NCBI GenBank assembly: GCA_038881895.1
Contig: JAVZOV010000002.1
Span: 162,961 to 226,960, forward strand
Source of the DNA: Thermoprotei archaeon
Lineage (GTDB): Archaea; Thermoproteota; Thermoprotei; Gearchaeales; WAQG01
Direction: 5' to 3'
DNA: 64,000 nt
Under the pieces are notes generated by a model. That model was not told the DNA's origin, made no database searches, and was given only the letters and a program-made list of their open reading frames with translations. Positions 53,354 to 63,974 of this stretch are shown in pieces. Made by a program: the position numbers and the translations under genes. The stretch's first letter is position 1. Each line of letters starts with the position of its first letter.

Positions 53354-54286
53354 ATGGGATGTTGGGCAAAGAGAGACGTCGTTTCAATACTGGATTTTAA
53401 TAAAGATGAGCTTGAACGTCTTTTCTCTTTAACTGATAAAATAATAGAAGGAAAATTAGACATAAGGAAGCCTCTGGATGGAAAGATAGTTGCCACTGCA
53501 TTTTTTGAGCCTAGCACAAGGACTAGGCTAAGTTTTGAAACAGCTGCATATAAATTAGGCGCATCTGTTATCACGCTAGAACCATCAGTCTCATCATTAG
53601 CTAAGGGAGAGAGTTTTGCAGATACTATGAGGATGCTTGATAGTTATGCGGATGTAATTATAATGAGGAGCCCGTTAGAGGGTGCAGCAAAGCTAGCAGC
53701 AGAGATCTGTGAACACCCGGTAATAAATGGAGGAGATGGTACACAACATCATCCTACTCAGGCAATGATCGATATATATACTATAAAAAAGATTAAGAGT
53801 GATTTGCATAATTTATCAATAGGTATTTTAGGTGACCTTAAATATGGTCGGGCTGCCACATCATTTATGTACGGGACGAGCATTTTTGGTGTGAAAAGGC
53901 TTTGGTTAATTGCTCCAAAGGAATTAATGCCACGAGATGATGTTCTCTTTACATTGAAGAGGTTTAATGTAGAATTACATTATACTGAGAATATTAATGA
54001 TGTAATAGGCGAGCTTGATGTTCTTTACGTGACCAGAATTCAAAAAGAGCGTTTTCCTGATCCAGCAGAATATGAACGTGTTAAGGGCACTTATCAGATT
54101 AATCTTAAGTTGTTGAGTAAAGCGAAGGATTCTCTTATAGTAATGCATCCATTACCTAGGGTTGATGAAATACCATATGAAGTCGATACAACTAAGTATG
54201 CAGTTTATTTCAAGGAGGCATCTTATGGTGTGCCTCTTAGAATGGCATTGCTCATGCTAATTATGGAGGTTGATAAAAGTGTCTGA
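53354..54286 (+). CDS. pyrB: Aspartate carbamoyltransferase catalytic subunit
   Basis: FFEPSTRTRLSF, HPTQ, HPLPR. Confidence 0.97.
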   Translation: MGCWAKRDVVSILDFNKDELERLFSLTDKIIEGKLDIRKPLDGKIVATAFFEPSTRTRLSFETAAYKLGASVITLEPSVSSLAKGESFADTMRMLDSYADVIIMRSPLEGAAKLAAEICEHPVINGGDGTQHHPTQAMIDIYTIKKIKSDLHNLSIGILGDLKYGRAATSFMYGTSIFGVKRLWLIAPKELMPRDDVLFTLKRFNVELHYTENINDVIGELDVLYVTRIQKERFPDPAEYERVKGTYQINLKLLSKAKDSLIVMHPLPRVDEIPYEVDTTKYAVYFKEASYGVPLRMALLMLIMEVDKSV

Positions 54287-54755
54287 AATAAGCGAAATGA
54301 AAGTAAGTAAAATAAAAGATGGAACAGTAATTGATCACGTTCCTGCGGGAAGAGCTCTAGATGTTCTCAGACTATTAAATTTAACAGGTAAGGAAGGGTT
54401 TATCATTTCATTAGTGATGAATGTTCCGAGTAAAAAGTTTGGGAAAAAAGATATTGTAAAAGTTGAGGGATTAGAACTTGAATCAAATCAGGTCAATAAG
54501 TTAGCATTGATAGCACCTACAGCTACAATAAATATAATAAGGAATTATGATGTTGTAGATAAAAAACGTGTCAGTTTACCGGATAAGATAGTAGGTATAT
54601 TATCATGTCAAAATCCAAATTGTATAACAAGAAAGGATCGTGAACCTGTTATTGCAAGTTTTGTAGTAATATCCAAAAAATTGTTAGTGGTTCAATGCGA
54701 ATACTGCGGAAGATTAATGAATGAAGATGATATCATAAAACAGCTCATTAGGTGA
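54270..54755 (+). CDS. pyrI: Aspartate carbamoyltransferase regulatory subunit
   Basis: GTVIDH, KDIVKVE, CQNPNC...CEYC. Confidence 0.96.
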   Translation: MIKVSEISEMKVSKIKDGTVIDHVPAGRALDVLRLLNLTGKEGFIISLVMNVPSKKFGKKDIVKVEGLELESNQVNKLALIAPTATINIIRNYDVVDKKRVSLPDKIVGILSCQNPNCITRKDREPVIASFVVISKKLLVVQCEYCGRLMNEDDIIKQLIR

Positions 54756-55519
54756 AGGTTTTGGGATATGTATCTGCCACAGTTATAGAAAATCAACCTT
54801 TAACTCGTACTGTTTCAAAGCTTACTTTCAAGCTAAAATACCCAATCAAACAATCACAACCAGGTAATTATGTGATGGTTTGGTTACCAGGAATTAAAGA
54901 AGCACCGTTTAGTGTGTATAGTCATGAAAGCACAAAAATATCATTAATAATTGAGGCAGTTGGTCCCTTAACTAAGAAGCTTATAAACCTAAAAAATGGA
55001 GAAAAAGTTGGCATAAGAGGACCTTACGGAAATTCTTTTACACTTAGATCAAATTTATCCTACATGCTAGTTGCCGGTGGCTCTGGCACACCTCCGATAT
55101 TTTTCGCATTAAATAAACTTAAACCAATAGCTAAGGATATTACATACCTTATTGGAGCTCACACTTCAGATGAATTATTTCTTATTGATGAGGCAAAACT
55201 TTATTCAGTGAAGGTCTTCGTTGCAACAGATGATGGTTCTTTAGGGTTTAAAGGGTTCGTTACACAACTTGCGAATGATCTACTTAAAAAAGAAAAGATC
55301 GATATGATACTTACATGTGGTCCTGAACCTATGATAAAAACCATGTACGAGCTGGCTGTTAAATATAATGTTATGCTTGAGGCTTCAATGTCACGAATAA
55401 TAAAATGTTCATTAGGTTTTTGTGGATCATGCGTATTAGAACCAAAAGGATATAGAGTATGCACTGATGGACCTGTATTTAATAAAGATCAACTAAGTGG
55501 TATAAAATGGTTGGCTTAA
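54752..55519 (+). CDS. pyrK: Dihydroorotate dehydrogenase electron transfer subunit
   Basis: GPYGN, CGPEPM, CSLGFCGSC...CTDGP [2Fe-2S] motif. Confidence 0.93.
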   Translation: MKVLGYVSATVIENQPLTRTVSKLTFKLKYPIKQSQPGNYVMVWLPGIKEAPFSVYSHESTKISLIIEAVGPLTKKLINLKNGEKVGIRGPYGNSFTLRSNLSYMLVAGGSGTPPIFFALNKLKPIAKDITYLIGAHTSDELFLIDEAKLYSVKVFVATDDGSLGFKGFVTQLANDLLKKEKIDMILTCGPEPMIKTMYELAVKYNVMLEASMSRIIKCSLGFCGSCVLEPKGYRVCTDGPVFNKDQLSGIKWLA

Positions 55520-56724
55520 GAGATGAATATCAAATAATAGGAAAAGCATTCATAAATAATGCCATTATTGATAATGCAGTCATTCGAATCAAAGATGACA
55601 AGATTATAAAAGTAAGTAAAAAAGAAGAGCGTAATATAAAAACATTAATATTAAAAAATGAAGAATTAATAATTCCTGCTACAATTGATTTACACGTTCA
55701 TTTAAGAGATTGGGAACAAAGTTATAAAGAGGATATAGAAAGTGGTACTAAGGCTGCATTAAAAGGAGGATGCACTACGATTGTGGAAATGCCTAATACA
55801 TTACCACCAATAAATACTTCTGAAAAGTTGGAACAACGATTAGAAATGCTTCACGCTAGATCTAGAGTCGATTTTGGTGTCCACTTTGGTGTTCCAAACG
55901 ATCTTTCAGAACTTGCAAAAGTCGCGAAAAAAATTATTGCAATCAAAGTATATCCAAATGATCTTCACAGAATACATGAAATATTTTATTCCGCTCTACA
56001 GTTAAATCTAAAAGTTGCAGTACATGCAGAATTTAAAGTTGGTGACGAGCCATTAGCAGTTAATTATGTTTTATCTAATAAACCAAGAATGTTGAGTTTA
56101 AGGTTTGTACATGTTTCAAGGGAAGGATCATTAAAAATAATAAGTCATAATAAAGATAAAAATACTCTTATAGAAGTTACACCACACCATTTACTTCTTT
56201 CTTATGAGGAACTCCAAAATATGCCAAATGGAATGAAATATTGCAGGCCACCCATATCTTCAATTAATGATAAAAAGGCGCTATATGATGCATTAATTTC
56301 AGGTTTTATAGATTTTATTGCAACTGATCATGCACCCCATTTAATATCTGAAAAACTCTCAGAGAATCCAGCACCAGGATTTCCTGGTCTTGAAATTTCT
56401 CTTCCACTCATGATAACTCAATGGATCAAAGACCTGATACCGTTAAGTCAAGTTATAAAGACAATGTGTATAAACCCTGCAAGATACTTAGGTATACAGA
56501 AGGGCATCATAAACGAGGGTTTTTATGCCGATCTGACAGTAGTAAATCTTAAAACATGGAAGCCTGTGAAAGCATCAGATTTCATAAGTAAAGCAAAATA
56601 TACGCCTTTCGAGGGTTGGTTATTAACAGGTTGGCCCACTAAAGTATTTTTACGTGGCTTATTAGCCTATGAGGATGGTGAAATCTTTTTAACAAGAGGT
56701 AAACATGTTCTAGATTTAAGATGA
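55507..56724 (+). CDS. pyrC: Dihydroorotase
   Basis: DLHVHLR, EMPNT, EVTPHH, ATDHAPH. Confidence 0.93.
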   Translation: MVGLRDEYQIIGKAFINNAIIDNAVIRIKDDKIIKVSKKEERNIKTLILKNEELIIPATIDLHVHLRDWEQSYKEDIESGTKAALKGGCTTIVEMPNTLPPINTSEKLEQRLEMLHARSRVDFGVHFGVPNDLSELAKVAKKIIAIKVYPNDLHRIHEIFYSALQLNLKVAVHAEFKVGDEPLAVNYVLSNKPRMLSLRFVHVSREGSLKIISHNKDKNTLIEVTPHHLLLSYEELQNMPNGMKYCRPPISSINDKKALYDALISGFIDFIATDHAPHLISEKLSENPAPGFPGLEISLPLMITQWIKDLIPLSQVIKTMCINPARYLGIQKGIINEGFYADLTVVNLKTWKPVKASDFISKAKYTPFEGWLLTGWPTKVFLRGLLAYEDGEIFLTRGKHVLDLR

Positions 56725-56784
56725 TAATGGTTCTTAAATTTTTGCTGATCCATTTGTGATTTTATTAATGAACGATAAGCTTTA

Positions 56785-56970
56785 CAGCTGTGAGGTTCAT
56801 GGATTTTCATTCCTTACTTATATTGCTCACGTCTTTGGGCTTCGCAAAGGTGAGGATGATGCATCGAACGTTAAGCCTGTCGCTCATTCCTTATGGAAGC
56901 AAGACCTGTATTAGTTGTTAAAAACTAGGAACAAACACTTATAAAGTTTTTCAGAAATTACTGTCTAACT
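56785..56970 (-). mobile_element. IS607-like TnpB deletion derivative (copy 3, divergent)
   Basis: CAGCTGTGAGGTTCATGGATTTTCATTCCTT aligns with CCGTTGTGGGATTCATGGACTTTCGTCCCTT (13838); the other end GTTAGACAGTAATTTCTGAA resembles GTTGTACAGCAGTCTCTGAA. Confidence 0.55.
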
Positions 56971-57046
56971 TTAGATGAAGAGAGTCTCATAGACAATAAA
57001 GATGAAGAATAAATGTGTGGTTTGCATGATGTTATTGTGATAAAAA

Positions 57047-57343
57047 ATGCTATTAGCAGATATTCATGTTTCACCTATTGGAACGTGCTCTACATCCGTA
57101 TCTGAATATATAAAAATTGCTATAAATATATTAAAGCAAAGAAACATAAAATTCATAATAGGACCTTTCTCAACGAGTATAGAAGTAAAAGATTTCAATG
57201 AGCTGGCATCGATAATCAACGAAATTCATGAAGAACTTTATAGGATGGGAATAAAGCGTATAGTCACAGAAATAAGAATTGATGACCGACGGGATAAAGA
57301 GGTAACATTAGAAAGTAAAATACAAGCAGTGAGTAGTGATTAA
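57047..57343 (+). CDS. MTH1187/thiamine-binding-family protein
   Basis: PIGT..TSVSEY, GPFSTSIE, IDDRRDK. Confidence 0.88.
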   Translation: MLLADIHVSPIGTCSTSVSEYIKIAINILKQRNIKFIIGPFSTSIEVKDFNELASIINEIHEELYRMGIKRIVTEIRIDDRRDKEVTLESKIQAVSSD

Positions 57344-58272
57344 CTTGATTTTTTAATTATTAATCCACTCATATTTTTTATGTTAGTAAATCCATGTCTT
57401 TTCATATAATTTATAATACCCTTAATTAATCTGTGAACTACTATTTCAGGTTCTTTTGATATTAATACTGTGCCTATTTGCACAGCTATAGCACCAGCAA
57501 GTATAAACTCTATAGCATCTTTCCAAGTTTCAATACCTCCAACTCCTATTATTGGAACATTGAAGTTACTGCTTAGTTTATAGACTGAATATACAGCAAT
57601 TGGATGTAGCGCTTTTCCTGAAACACCACCATAAATGTTGCTGAGTACTGGTGCTTTTAATTCAACATCTATGGACATGCCTCTTAAAGTATTTACAGCT
57701 ACTAGCCCGTCAGCTCCACCTTTAATTGATGCTCTTCCTTGAATTAATATATCTGAAGTATTGGGTGTAAGTTTTGAGAAAACTGGTATTTTAACATTCC
57801 TTTTAACGGAACGAACTACTTCTTCAACCATGATAGGATCATCACCTAATTCTGTTCCGAGACCTTTAACATGAGGGCATGACAAGTTTAGTTCAATTGC
57901 ATCTGCACCATAATCTTGTGCCAGACCTGACATCCATGCAAATTCCTCAGGTGATGATCCCGCTAAACTTACTATAATTGGGATTCCACATTCTTTCGTT
58001 TCTTGGATATCATTTTTAAAATTCTTAATGCCTGGATTTGCCAAACCAACAGCATTAAGAGTATAGCATCGTGTTGAATAAATTATGGGCGGAACATAGC
58101 CCTCTCTACGTTCTGCAGTAAGCGTTTTTGTAACAACAGCTCCAACACCAGCGTTTGCAACCCTCTTTAATAACGATCCTGAAGATCCCATAATTCCAGA
58201 GGCAAGGATAATTGGATTTTTCAATTTAAGACCAGCTAAATTCACTTCAAGGTTTACTTCCACAAAGCCCAA
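57340..58272 (-). CDS. pyrD: Dihydroorotate dehydrogenase 1B catalytic subunit
   Basis: KNPIILASG, NAVGLANPG, ELNLSCPH, GGVSG. Confidence 0.95.
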   Translation of the reverse strand: MGFVEVNLEVNLAGLKLKNPIILASGIMGSSGSLLKRVANAGVGAVVTKTLTAERREGYVPPIIYSTRCYTLNAVGLANPGIKNFKNDIQETKECGIPIIVSLAGSSPEEFAWMSGLAQDYGADAIELNLSCPHVKGLGTELGDDPIMVEEVVRSVKRNVKIPVFSKLTPNTSDILIQGRASIKGGADGLVAVNTLRGMSIDVELKAPVLSNIYGGVSGKALHPIAVYSVYKLSSNFNVPIIGVGGIETWKDAIEFILAGAIAVQIGTVLISKEPEIVVHRLIKGIINYMKRHGFTNIKNMSGLIIKKSS

Positions 58273-58324
58273 CCCTACATATAAATTAATAATATTTAAA
58301 TTTTAATTCAAGAATGGGGGAGTT

Positions 58325-59020
58325 ATGTTGAACAATGAAATAAGAGAGAGAATGTTCAAATTATCAGAGTTAAAATCTAGCAGAATAATACTTGCGCTAG
58401 ATAAAGCCGAATCTCTCAATCTTCTCAATAATTTATTAAGATACTTTGTCTGTGTAAAAATTGGCCTTCCATTATTAATCAGTGTAGGAGCAAATACTAT
58501 GAAAAGTATCATAGCAAAATATAAGAATGACGTTGTGTTCATAGCTGATCTAAAGATAGCTGATATACCTGAAACTAATGAAAGTACAACTAAAATTGTA
58601 AAAGAGATTGGATTTGATGCAGTAATCGCACATACATTTGTAGGTTCTGAGTCATTAAAGTCTGTTACAAAAATTTTGCCAGTTTTTGCTCTAGTAGGCA
58701 TGAGCCATAAAGATGCACATTTAATTAATTCAAACACAGAAATACTTATAAATATATCAATCTCAAGCGGAATATTTAATTTTGTGGCACCAGCAACATA
58801 TCCAGAAATAATAAAAAAACTCAGATCCAAAATTCCTAATGCACTCATTATATCTCCGGGAGTAGGAGCACAAGGAGCGCACTTCGGATCAGCACTAAAA
58901 GCAGGCGCAGATTTCGAAATAATAGGCAGATCAATAACACTTTCACAAAATCCACTAGAAAATGTTCAAAAAATCCTTAAAGCACATGAATATGTCCTAA
59001 AAGAAAAAACCCTTAGTTAA
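58325..59020 (+). CDS. pyrF: Orotidine 5'-phosphate decarboxylase
   Basis: ILALD, DLKIADIPET, SPGVGAQG, IIGRSI. Confidence 0.95.
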   Translation: MLNNEIRERMFKLSELKSSRIILALDKAESLNLLNNLLRYFVCVKIGLPLLISVGANTMKSIIAKYKNDVVFIADLKIADIPETNESTTKIVKEIGFDAVIAHTFVGSESLKSVTKILPVFALVGMSHKDAHLINSNTEILINISISSGIFNFVAPATYPEIIKKLRSKIPNALIISPGVGAQGAHFGSALKAGADFEIIGRSITLSQNPLENVQKILKAHEYVLKEKTLS

Positions 59021-59102
59021 TAGAAATTATCCTAATTCAATTAACCATATAATAAATTTGCGCTTTGAATTAGTTTTTATATATTAACCTAAATAAAAAT
59101 GT

Positions 59103-59366
59103 TCACAATTTTATTTTAAAAATTGCAACTCGGTACTCGGATTCTTTTCTGGGCTCAATTATTTTTTCAAGCTCTACATCTATATTAAAATTTTCTATTT
59201 CATACTTTAAATCTTCAATCCATGAATTAACACCACAGGTTTCACAAAAACTACCTGTGAATTTCACAATTAGTTTGTTATCTTCTATCTTAAGTATTCT
59301 AGCTTTAGATTCAGGAGCCCTATACTTATTATAACTCTTTATGGCCTCTCTTATTCGTGAATCCAT
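59103..59366 (-). CDS. Small archaeal CxxC protein (NifU-C-like)
   Basis: YNKYRAPE and VKFTGSFCETCG motifs; AGGAG/GAGG RBS. Confidence 0.7.
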   Translation of the reverse strand: MDSRIREAIKSYNKYRAPESKARILKIEDNKLIVKFTGSFCETCGVNSWIEDLKYEIENFNIDVELEKIIEPRKESEYRVAIFKIKL

Positions 59367-59696
59367 TTCTCCTCTGATCCTCCTTAAGAAACAGCTTTCA
59401 GATACAACAACACTAATAAAATTAGAGACATATAACTTTTTATGACAAAACTTATCCTTGGAAGAGTAAGGTTTCTTTAGAATCTCATAGTTACATACCT
59501 TTTAATGTGTGTTACCATCGTGTGCTCTGTTGCGTTCATTGAGCTTATTTTAATATGAAAGTTCTTTTTAGATGAATACAAGAAACAAACAGCAAAGAAG
59601 ATTTTTAACATACCTACAGATACTCTGCTTAATGCTCCTTCGACAGGAAAATGTTTATTTATCACTGTGTTTATTATTATGTTTTGTGTTAATATT

Positions 59697-60872
59697 ATGA
59701 AGATAAAGATCTCTGAACGAGGATCTCGTGTAGAGTTATCTCCTGTTGAGGAAGCTACCAAGATCGCTATAAAGCATGGTGTTATAAACTTGGCTAGTGG
59801 TAGTCCAGATCCAAGAGTTGTTCCTGTTAACGAGTTAAAAAGTATTGCTGTTAAGGTATTAGATGAGAGAGGTTTTAATGCGCTGACATATCCTAATGCT
59901 GGAGGACAAAATGAACTGAAGATTGAAATTAAGAAGTATATGAGTGATTTTAGTATCAGGATAAGAGATGATGAAGATGTTGTAATAACTAGTGGTGCTC
60001 AACATGCTTTTAGGCTAATCGCAGATCTTCTTGTAGAGAAGAACGATGTTGTTATAGTTGAGAATCCTACATTTTACGAAACATTAGCTCCATTTAGGTT
60101 TCATGGTGCATCAGTAATTGGCGTTTCTCTCGATGATGAAGGTTTAGATATTGATGAGCTTAGGAATTTCCTTAGTAGTAACAAAATTAATTGTGGAATA
60201 TTGTACGTTATACCTACTTGCCATAATCCTACTGGAATAACTATGAGTATTGAACGTAGAAAAGAGCTTATGGAGGTAATTTCACAGTATGATCTTCTTG
60301 TTATTGAAGATGATCCATACAGGCCTATTGCTGCCGATGCTCCTCCTCCGCTCAAAAAATTTGATGATGAGGGTAGAGTGTTATATGTTGGTAGTTTTAG
60401 TAAAGTTTTAGCACCTGGTCTACGTATTGGATGGATATATGGTTCTAAATCAATCTTAGATAGATTGATGCTTCTTGAGCAGCTTGATTTTGCTGTTTCA
60501 ACGCTTACCCAATATATTGTTGTTGAAGCCTTACGTTCAGGTTTGATAAGTAAGTTGATTCCAAAATTAACTAACCATTATAAATCTAAAATGCGCATCA
60601 TGTACGAATCATTAGAAAATTATATGCCTAGCAATGTTAGTTGGACTAATTCTGCTAATGGTTTCTTTCTTTTAGTTAAAGTCATTGGGGTTGATATGGA
60701 AGGATTATTACCTAAAGCTATTGATCGTGGCGTTGTTTATGTTCCTGCTCGTCGATTCTTTATTAATGGCAGGCATTCTGATACTGCTAGGTTGAGCATA
60801 AGCTTATCTAACGAGGAGGATATCAAGAAAGGTATTAAAGTGTTATCATCTTTAATAAAAGATGTTCATTAA
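59697..60872 (+). CDS. PLP-dependent aminotransferase, class I/II (LysN/ARO8-like)
   Basis: TSGAQHA, HNPTG, EDDPY, SFSKVLAPGLRIG; ATG at 59697 preferred. Confidence 0.92.
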   Translation: MKIKISERGSRVELSPVEEATKIAIKHGVINLASGSPDPRVVPVNELKSIAVKVLDERGFNALTYPNAGGQNELKIEIKKYMSDFSIRIRDDEDVVITSGAQHAFRLIADLLVEKNDVVIVENPTFYETLAPFRFHGASVIGVSLDDEGLDIDELRNFLSSNKINCGILYVIPTCHNPTGITMSIERRKELMEVISQYDLLVIEDDPYRPIAADAPPPLKKFDDEGRVLYVGSFSKVLAPGLRIGWIYGSKSILDRLMLLEQLDFAVSTLTQYIVVEALRSGLISKLIPKLTNHYKSKMRIMYESLENYMPSNVSWTNSANGFFLLVKVIGVDMEGLLPKAIDRGVVYVPARRFFINGRHSDTARLSISLSNEEDIKKGIKVLSSLIKDVH

Positions 60873-60882
60873 ATTTTAAGCT

Positions 60883-62034
60883 TCATTGGTACCAAACGAT
60901 TTTACCACGAATTATTGTAAATCTTACATTTAGATCACTATCAAGTACTACTAAATTTGCTTCCTTACCTGGTTCTATTCTACCCATACTTGGTTTTTTA
61001 AGAATATCAGCTGGCACTAATGTTGCCATGAGGATGCTATATTTCAGTGGCAATCCTATTTTTACCATGTTTTTTATTGCATTATTCATAACGAGTGTGC
61101 TACCAGCTATTGTTCCATCTGGAAGCGTTGCTTTTTTATTCATTACTATTATTGAATATGAACCGAGCTGATATTTACCATCAGGTAATCCAGCAGCCTC
61201 TATGGCATCTGTTACTAGAGCTATTTTATCTAAAGGTTTTGCTTTCACAATTAGTTTTAAAATTTCTGGATGAATGTGTATAAAGTCCGCAATCATTTCT
61301 ACATAAATCTCATCATTAGTTAATGCAAATCCTGGTAAACCTGGTTCTCTATGATGAAAATCCCTCATTGCATTAAAAAGATGCGTAATAAGTTTAGCAC
61401 CAGCATTAAAACCTCCCTTTGCTTCATTAAATGTTGCATCACTATGACCCATTGATATTATTACACCATTTTTAACAGCCTCGCTAATTAACTCTTGAGC
61501 TCCTTCTAATTCAGGTGCGATAGTGAGCCGAAGCGGCATCTCCTTTCTTAGGCTTATGTACTCATATAATTCATCTAGATCAGGCTTTCTGATATGTTCT
61601 ATTGGTTGCGCACCCTTTTTCATAGGGTTTATAAAAGGTCCTTCCAGGTGTGCTCCGAGAACCTCTGCGCCTTCATTTCCTGAACCCCACAACTCATATG
61701 TTGCTTGTATAAATTCACGAAAACGGTCTTTCGGAGAACAGATAGCAGTAGGCATAAATCCTGTAACACCATATTTAGGTAATATTTTAGCCATATTTTT
61801 TACACCATAATAACCGTCTCTAGTTGCATCAAAACCTTCAGTACCATGAATGTGAATATCAATAAAACCTGGCACAACTATCATGTTTTTTGCATCCAAA
61901 AAATATTCAGGAACTTCACCTGAAAATGGTTTCATATCTATTATAATCTTCTCATCAAATTCTATAATAATGTTATTCACCTCTTCCTTTGGTGTGATTA
62001 GTTTACCAGCAACTACACCTTTAACTGTTTTCAT
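60883..62034 (-). CDS. nagA: N-acetylglucosamine-6-phosphate deacetylase
   Basis: PGFIDIHIHG, HLEGPF, GHSDA, THLFNAM, VTDA, IAGS. Confidence 0.95.
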   Translation of the reverse strand: MKTVKGVVAGKLITPKEEVNNIIIEFDEKIIIDMKPFSGEVPEYFLDAKNMIVVPGFIDIHIHGTEGFDATRDGYYGVKNMAKILPKYGVTGFMPTAICSPKDRFREFIQATYELWGSGNEGAEVLGAHLEGPFINPMKKGAQPIEHIRKPDLDELYEYISLRKEMPLRLTIAPELEGAQELISEAVKNGVIISMGHSDATFNEAKGGFNAGAKLITHLFNAMRDFHHREPGLPGFALTNDEIYVEMIADFIHIHPEILKLIVKAKPLDKIALVTDAIEAAGLPDGKYQLGSYSIIVMNKKATLPDGTIAGSTLVMNNAIKNMVKIGLPLKYSILMATLVPADILKKPSMGRIEPGKEANLVVLDSDLNVRFTIIRGKIVWYQ

Positions 62035-62114
62035 ATCAATAACTATACAGCATGCCTAGCAATATAAAACAATCGTATCTATTCACAAAAAACTTTTAAA
62101 ATATATAAAAACAT

Positions 62115-62240
62115 GCAAACTTCCAATAACATTTTTGATGTAATGCCACCAAATAGTTTTCGAACAAATCTTTTTCTATCTTCTACATGGAATGTTTTTC
62201 TAGTTAGGTCGATCTACAGGACTTTTGTAGGAAGACTCGC
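62115..62240 (-). pseudogene. Aldehyde:ferredoxin oxidoreductase N-terminal relic
   Basis: KVL*IDLTRKTFHVEDRK/(fs)DLFENY/(fs)GG...MLLEVC resembles the AOR N-terminus VLYIDL...E..LF..YLGG. Confidence 0.65.
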
Positions 62241-62245
62241 GCAGA

Positions 62246-62459
62246 TATAACCTCTATCCTAAGCACACCGTGAGGACAATAGTCAGCGCAATAACCACAG
62301 TGTACATATATTCCTAGTTTATTAGATTTGTACTACCAACCGATCTAACTTGTGTGAACTTCTAGCTAAACCTCTAACTCCAAACCTTCTATTACATGCA
62401 AACATGCATAATTGACAACCAACATATCCGTTTGCATCAACAATAACCAACCTATTTAT
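62246..62459 (-). pseudogene. 4Fe-4S dicluster (AOR partner) protein relic with internal deletion
   Basis: NRLVIVDANGYVGCQLCMFACNRRFG at the 5' end and VHCGYCADYCPHGVL at the 3' end; start degraded to ATA, first Cys of each motif lost. Confidence 0.7.
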
Positions 62460-62609
62460 TATAATTAAATATATATCATGCGTTTTAAATATTTTTGGAA
62501 CTCACCTTTTTATTATACGATCATCACTTCACGATCTTTTAACTGATCTTCTCCTCACCCAGAGAAGCGAAATCTTCGGTTGTAATTAAACGATGATTTT
62601 ATTAGTCTG

Positions 62610-62855
62610 GTGAAATTTCTCACTTCGATGCTTTCAATACTAGAAACACTCACAACAATAGTTATACTGATTATGATATTTGTTTTATTATTAATGATTA
62701 GGTCTGCATCATTCATCAAAATAGGGTTTGGAATTTTACAACTGACTATTGGCTTACTAATTATCATACTAATTTTCAGGTTTCTCAAATTTTTAATAGT
62801 GCTGGCTCTAGTGCTCATCCTAGTATGCATCTTTCTAATAATAAAGAAAAAATAA
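62610..62855 (+). CDS. Small hydrophobic membrane protein (hypothetical)
   Basis: About 3 hydrophobic helices and a basic tail; GTG start; no motif. Confidence 0.35.
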   Translation: MKFLTSMLSILETLTTIVILIMIFVLLLMIRSASFIKIGFGILQLTIGLLIIILIFRFLKFLIVLALVLILVCIFLIIKKK

Positions 62856-63047
62856 GATAACGCACTATGAGTGAATTTCAGAATATTCAGAAAATTAGTA
62901 TTTCGTACGTTTCTTGGTTATAGAATCCTAAAATAACTTTCATAAAAGGTATTTCGTAATATTCACGATATATCAGAGATGATCTTTGATAATGTAAACA
63001 TAAGATGTTAATGTGATTTTGCTTGATGATTGTTTTTTGTAATGAAA

Positions 63048-63974
63048 TCACGTCATCATGTAATTTTCATTTTTATATTTATTAAGTGGTTTAATTGCTA
63101 TGATTAGGTTTGTTATTTCCGAATATTTTGAATAAAGTTTTTTCTTTGTTTTCATAACTATTTTATGTGCATCTCTAAGTGTTATTAATGTGTCAGTTTC
63201 TAGTATTATTGTTCCCATGATGAATGAACCCGCTCTTTTAAGCATTGTTTTTGCCACTTTTGCTCCAGAGATCTCTTCAACTGTTCTTATAATATCTATG
63301 ACTTTTTCTTTTGGTGGTGCTGCATCTAAAAGTGATAGGAGAGAGTCCTTCAAAATGCGTACTATATCCATAATTGTGTAAAGTATTATCATGGAGAGTA
63401 TCACTAATTGTAATGCCAGTATGTTTGTAATGATTTCTGCTAATATTCCTATAAAAGCTGCCAGTGTAATATAAGCATCAGTTTTAGCATGTAAAGCATC
63501 AGTTAAAAGTGATGACGATCTTGATCTTTTAGCCCACTTAATTTCATATTTATACATGCTGTATGATGTTGATGCTCCGATTAATAATAAGGGTAATGCA
63601 TATAACGGTGTTTTAGATAAGTTTGAGACTGTCTGAATAATTATCATTATTACAAAATAGATAGTCACAAAGACTATAAATAATGATGCTAGGTTTTCAA
63701 TTTTATAAAGACCCCAAGGAAATTTAGAGGAAAATCTTTTCTTAGATGTTATATAGATTGATAGTGCTGTAGCAAAGCTCATCGCAGCATCTAAAAAACT
63801 ATGCATTGCATCTGCAAAGATTATACTTGAATGGCCCATTATTATCATTACTAATGGTTCAATCACAGCAAATATCATTGAAAGTAGCCCAGCAGTCAGA
63901 GCGGCTTTGAGAGCCTTTTCTCTGTTTCTCATTATCATGATGTGCATAAGGATCACCTTTTGATGAATAGACAA
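63048..63974 (-). CDS. Cation diffusion facilitator (FieF-like)
   Basis: ADAMHSFLD, FPWGLYKIE, DALHAKTD, LLDAAP. Confidence 0.9.
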   Translation of the reverse strand: MSIHQKVILMHIMIMRNREKALKAALTAGLLSMIFAVIEPLVMIIMGHSSIIFADAMHSFLDAAMSFATALSIYITSKKRFSSKFPWGLYKIENLASLFIVFVTIYFVIMIIIQTVSNLSKTPLYALPLLLIGASTSYSMYKYEIKWAKRSRSSSLLTDALHAKTDAYITLAAFIGILAEIITNILALQLVILSMIILYTIMDIVRILKDSLLSLLDAAPPKEKVIDIIRTVEEISGAKVAKTMLKRAGSFIMGTIILETDTLITLRDAHKIVMKTKKKLYSKYSEITNLIIAIKPLNKYKNENYMMT

